A stretch of DNA of 38,542 nucleotides, from positions 1-38,542 of the forward strand of contig NIVC01000002.1 in assembly GCA_002269645.1 (NCBI GenBank). Reading direction: 5' to 3'. The notes under the pieces are model-generated. The model saw nothing but the letters and a program-made list of their open reading frames with translations. It was not told the origin of the DNA and made no database searches. Numbering within the stretch: the first letter of the stretch is position 1; each line of letters opens with the position of its first letter. The translations under genes were made by a program, and so were the position numbers. Shown piece after piece: positions 35,656 through 38,542 of this stretch. The stretch is from Macrostomum lignano (Eukaryota).

Positions 35656-35945
35656 GGCGATCTGCAACGTTCTGCGACGATCTGCGACGATCTGCGACGA
35701 TCTGCGGCGATCTGCGACGATCTGCGGCGATCTGTGGCGATCTGCGACGATCTGCGGCGATCTGCGACGATCTGCGGCGATCTGCGACGATCTGCGGCGA
35801 TCTGTGGCGATCTGCGACGATCTGCGGCGATCTGCGACGATCTGTGGCGATCTGCGACGTTCTGCGGCGATCTGCGACGATCTGCGGCGATCTGAGACGA
35901 TCTGCGGCGATCTGCAGCGACCTGCGACGATTTCTGGCGATCCGC
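35656..35945. repeat. 10-bp CpG-rich tandem repeat (GATCTGCGRC) in the Gypsy leader
   Basis: About 29 units between the PBS and the gag ATG. Confidence 0.95.
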
Positions 35946-36301
35946 GGTGAGCTGAGGCAATCTGCTATCTGCAAGTGGCCCAAAGACGATCTACATCGGC
36001 CGGAGCGATCTGCACATCGGCCGAGACGCAGTCTGCATCCGCCAGAGGCCATCTACGACTTCCGAGCGACGATACCAGCTAAGCCCGCAATCACGTTTCG
36101 TAAACCGGTATGAATCCCTCTGTGTGTGTCTTTTAGGGCTCTTGTCTGGCAGGTTAGCATTTGGTTTGCGTGATTTTAGTTTAGATTCTTTAGGTTGGGC
36201 ATTAGGTCCTGCCAGACACTGTGTGCTTTTGCTTTTGTTCTTCTCTCGTTTTCCGCTTTCTCTCTCTTTCTTGCTGCCTTCTCTTCGTTGCCGAGCCGAT
36301 C

Positions 36302-38542
36302 ATGAGTGACCGCGAGGACAGGAGTGCCACTGCTGGCTCTCCAAATCCAGACGCTTCTGCTCAGGAAAGAAAGTTTGTGGCAAGCAACACTACAGACTCA
36401 GAGCCACTTCTTGCTAGTACCATTGCCGCACTGCACCGGTTGTTAGAAAATCAATTCTCAAGAGAGTCCCGTTCTCAATCGTTCTACCAGAGTCAACAGA
36501 AGGAAACAGCTTCAGGCATTAAGCTTCGGCCGCCACCGTTGTTCACTTGCACCACGAAGTTTGATGCCTGGGAAGCTCAGTTCAATGCGTACATTGAAGC
36601 TCATAGGGTTCCTTACTTTCAACAGACTGCAGTCCTGCTGTCCCTTCTGGCACCAGAATGCCAGGAGTACTTTCTAAATAACAATCTCACGGATCAGACC
36701 TGTGAAGAGGCACTGAAGTCTATGAGAGCGCGTTACACTGACTCTAACGTTAGGGAGAAAAGTTATATGGAACTAGTTGCCGCTCACCAGAACAGCACCG
36801 AATCGATTGCCGAGTTTTACGATAGGTTAGCATCTTATGCCCGGTTAGCAGACCTCTCATCAACCGAAGCTGAACCTTTATTACGAGCGAGGCTGTGCCA
36901 TGGCATTCGGGATAAGGTGCTCGCAGAAAAACTCTTGCTTTGGAGCAGTGATGCAGGGGTGAGTGATGAGTCTAGTGGGGCAAAGGCTAAGACTGTCCCG
37001 TCTGCCGAGTTGGTTAAGAAGGCCAAGGAGATCGTTGGTATTCAGCAACTTCTGCAACCCGCTCCAAACTCCTCTGCGAATATCCGTGTCCTTGAAACCG
37101 AGAAGGCGTCTCTGGAGGCAAGAGTAGAAGAGCTAGAGAGACTCCTTCGACTCCAGAACCAGGCTGGAGTTTCCAAGCCTGTTGCTGTCAACCAACCACA
37201 ACCATCTAACAAGTCAATCCAAAATTCAAACCAACACAAGCCACATAACAAGCACAAGAATAAACAACCGCCAAATCACGGGGCAACTCAGCAATTTGGT
37301 ACAGCGGTGTCCAGATCAAGGAAATGCTACAGGTGCGGTGGTGAGGACCATTTCATTGCCGACTGTCCCATCACACCAGCACCTCCAATAGCTCACCAGA
37401 CCGCTGCTAAGAGTCATCCTCCAAATAATCAGGCCCAGCATATGTCGGAGGTTGGTTCAATTGTTTCCTGGAAGGGGAACTTCGGGTTCATTCAATCAGA
37501 ACAACTTCCCGACCAGCTCTTCTTTCACCGTGGTGAGCTGTCTGAATCCTTGAACCGTTCGGCTGACCAGCACCAACTCGTGGGCACAAGAGTCCAATTC
37601 CATCGGAAAATTGACTCGGGCAAGAAGCGCGATCAGGCTTGTGGGGTAAGGCCAATTCCATCGATCAATCAGACACATTTAGGCCAAACTAGTTCCGATG
37701 AGCCTGCGGTGGATTCCAGCTTCTTTGTCCAGTTGCGAATCGGGGACAACCAAGTCATGGCTTGCCTTGACTCGGGGGCAAACGCCAGCGTGATGGGGAA
37801 GCAAGCCATGGAGAGACTGGTTGAAGCCGATCCGATCAACAACATCTTTTCGCCAGCGCACAAAGACGCAAAGGCAACGGCTTTCAACGGGTCCACCACC
37901 CAGATTTTAGGCTCTTTGCGCTGCGAAGTTGAACTAGGCAAGATTAAAAAGCATCACGTTTTCCTTGTGACCGAAGAATCCACTGCTGAATCGCTCTTAG
38001 GTATTGATTTCCTCCGTGGTTTCCAGGTGCTGCTGGATTTCACCTGTGGCCAGGTACTCGTGGCCGGTGGAGCAGTGCCTGTGATCGAGGGCGATAAGGG
38101 GGTGTTTCGCATACGCCGTGTATTGGCTGCTTGTACCTCTGAGCTACCACCTCACTCGGAAACCCTAGTGCCGAGTCGAGTGATTGACACTGTGCCAAAC
38201 CTGAGTGGCACAGTCTCCTCTGAACTTTTCAATACAGACTCAGAATTTTTTGTAGCTAGGTCAGTGGATAGAGTCAGCCCGACGAATCACGTGTTAGTCC
38301 GATTGCTAAATAGTAGCGATCAACCAGCTAGGATTGAGCGTGACCAAGAGATTGCATCTTTTCAAGAGCTCGGTCATGGAGAAGTTGTAGTACCAACTGC
38401 TCTGTCTGAGAAGGATTTTTCCATAGACAACTGCAATCTCCTCAATAGTAAGCTTTCAAGATTACCACCACCAGAAAAAGGTACAGCAGAATGGCTTGTG
38501 AAACAGTTCCGACTCGACCAGTCCAGTCTGACTCCAAATCAA
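36302..38542 (+). CDS. Gypsy gag-pol polyprotein, 5' part (Gag, CCHC knuckle, cold-shock-like domain, aspartic protease); runs off the window
   Basis: 747 open codons by manual translation; CYRCGGEDHFIADC (37325-37366); LDSGA (37766-37780); LLGIDFL. Missing from the ORF track because there is no stop in the window. Confidence 0.92.
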   Translation, partial: MSDREDRSATAGSPNPDASAQERKFVASNTTDSEPLLASTIAALHRLLENQFSRESRSQSFYQSQQKETASGIKLRPPPLFTCTTKFDAWEAQFNAYIEAHRVPYFQQTAVLLSLLAPECQEYFLNNNLTDQTCEEALKSMRARYTDSNVREKSYMELVAAHQNSTESIAEFYDRLASYARLADLSSTEAEPLLRARLCHGIRDKVLAEKLLLWSSDAGVSDESSGAKAKTVPSAELVKKAKEIVGIQQLLQPAPNSSANIRVLETEKASLEARVEELERLLRLQNQAGVSKPVAVNQPQPSNKSIQNSNQHKPHNKHKNKQPPNHGATQQFGTAVSRSRKCYRCGGEDHFIADCPITPAPPIAHQTAAKSHPPNNQAQHMSEVGSIVSWKGNFGFIQSEQLPDQLFFHRGELSESLNRSADQHQLVGTRVQFHRKIDSGKKRDQACGVRPIPSINQTHLGQTSSDEPAVDSSFFVQLRIGDNQVMACLDSGANASVMGKQAMERLVEADPINNIFSPAHKDAKATAFNGSTTQILGSLRCEVELGKIKKHHVFLVTEESTAESLLGIDFLRGFQVLLDFTCGQVLVAGGAVPVIEGDKGVFRIRRVLAACTSELPPHSETLVPSRVIDTVPNLSGTVSSELFNTDSEFFVARSVDRVSPTNHVLVRLLNSSDQPARIERDQEIASFQELGHGEVVVPTALSEKDFSIDNCNLLNSKLSRLPPPEKGTAEWLVKQFRLDQSSLTPNQ

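Noticed and set aside
35619-36113. ADRRRS/CDDLRR ORFs
   Set aside because: They are translations of the 10-bp leader repeat.

Overview
Intron-containing, AT-rich eukaryotic (probably invertebrate metazoan) window made up mostly of nested transposable elements. No rRNA, tRNA or CRISPR features were found. Main components: (1) a spliced minus-strand orphan gene fragment (1128-2944); (2) an intact BED-finger hAT transposase ORF (7304-9466, minus); (3) a ~15.4 kb Helentron/Helitron2-type rolling-circle element (10019-25464) with 13-bp subterminal inverted repeats, terminal hairpins, a three-exon OTU-Rep-Pif1 gene (~2159 aa), a small Helitron in intron 1 and a 3.3 kb 15-bp tandem array; (4) a decayed LINE, an 8-bp-TSD MITE, an LTR with three tandem PBS-like sites, and two tandem non-autonomous Helitrons; (5) the 5' end of a Gypsy element whose open gag-protease ORF (36302 to window end, absent from the ORF track) carries a cold-shock-like domain. 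Best lead: removing the Helentron restores a splice donor that joins a signal-anchor-like exon (25737-25460) in frame to the hAT transposase (831 aa), and a cluster of three perfect heat-shock elements plus a TATA box (26856-26985) points toward this gene. All domain and family calls are by motif recognition, not database search.
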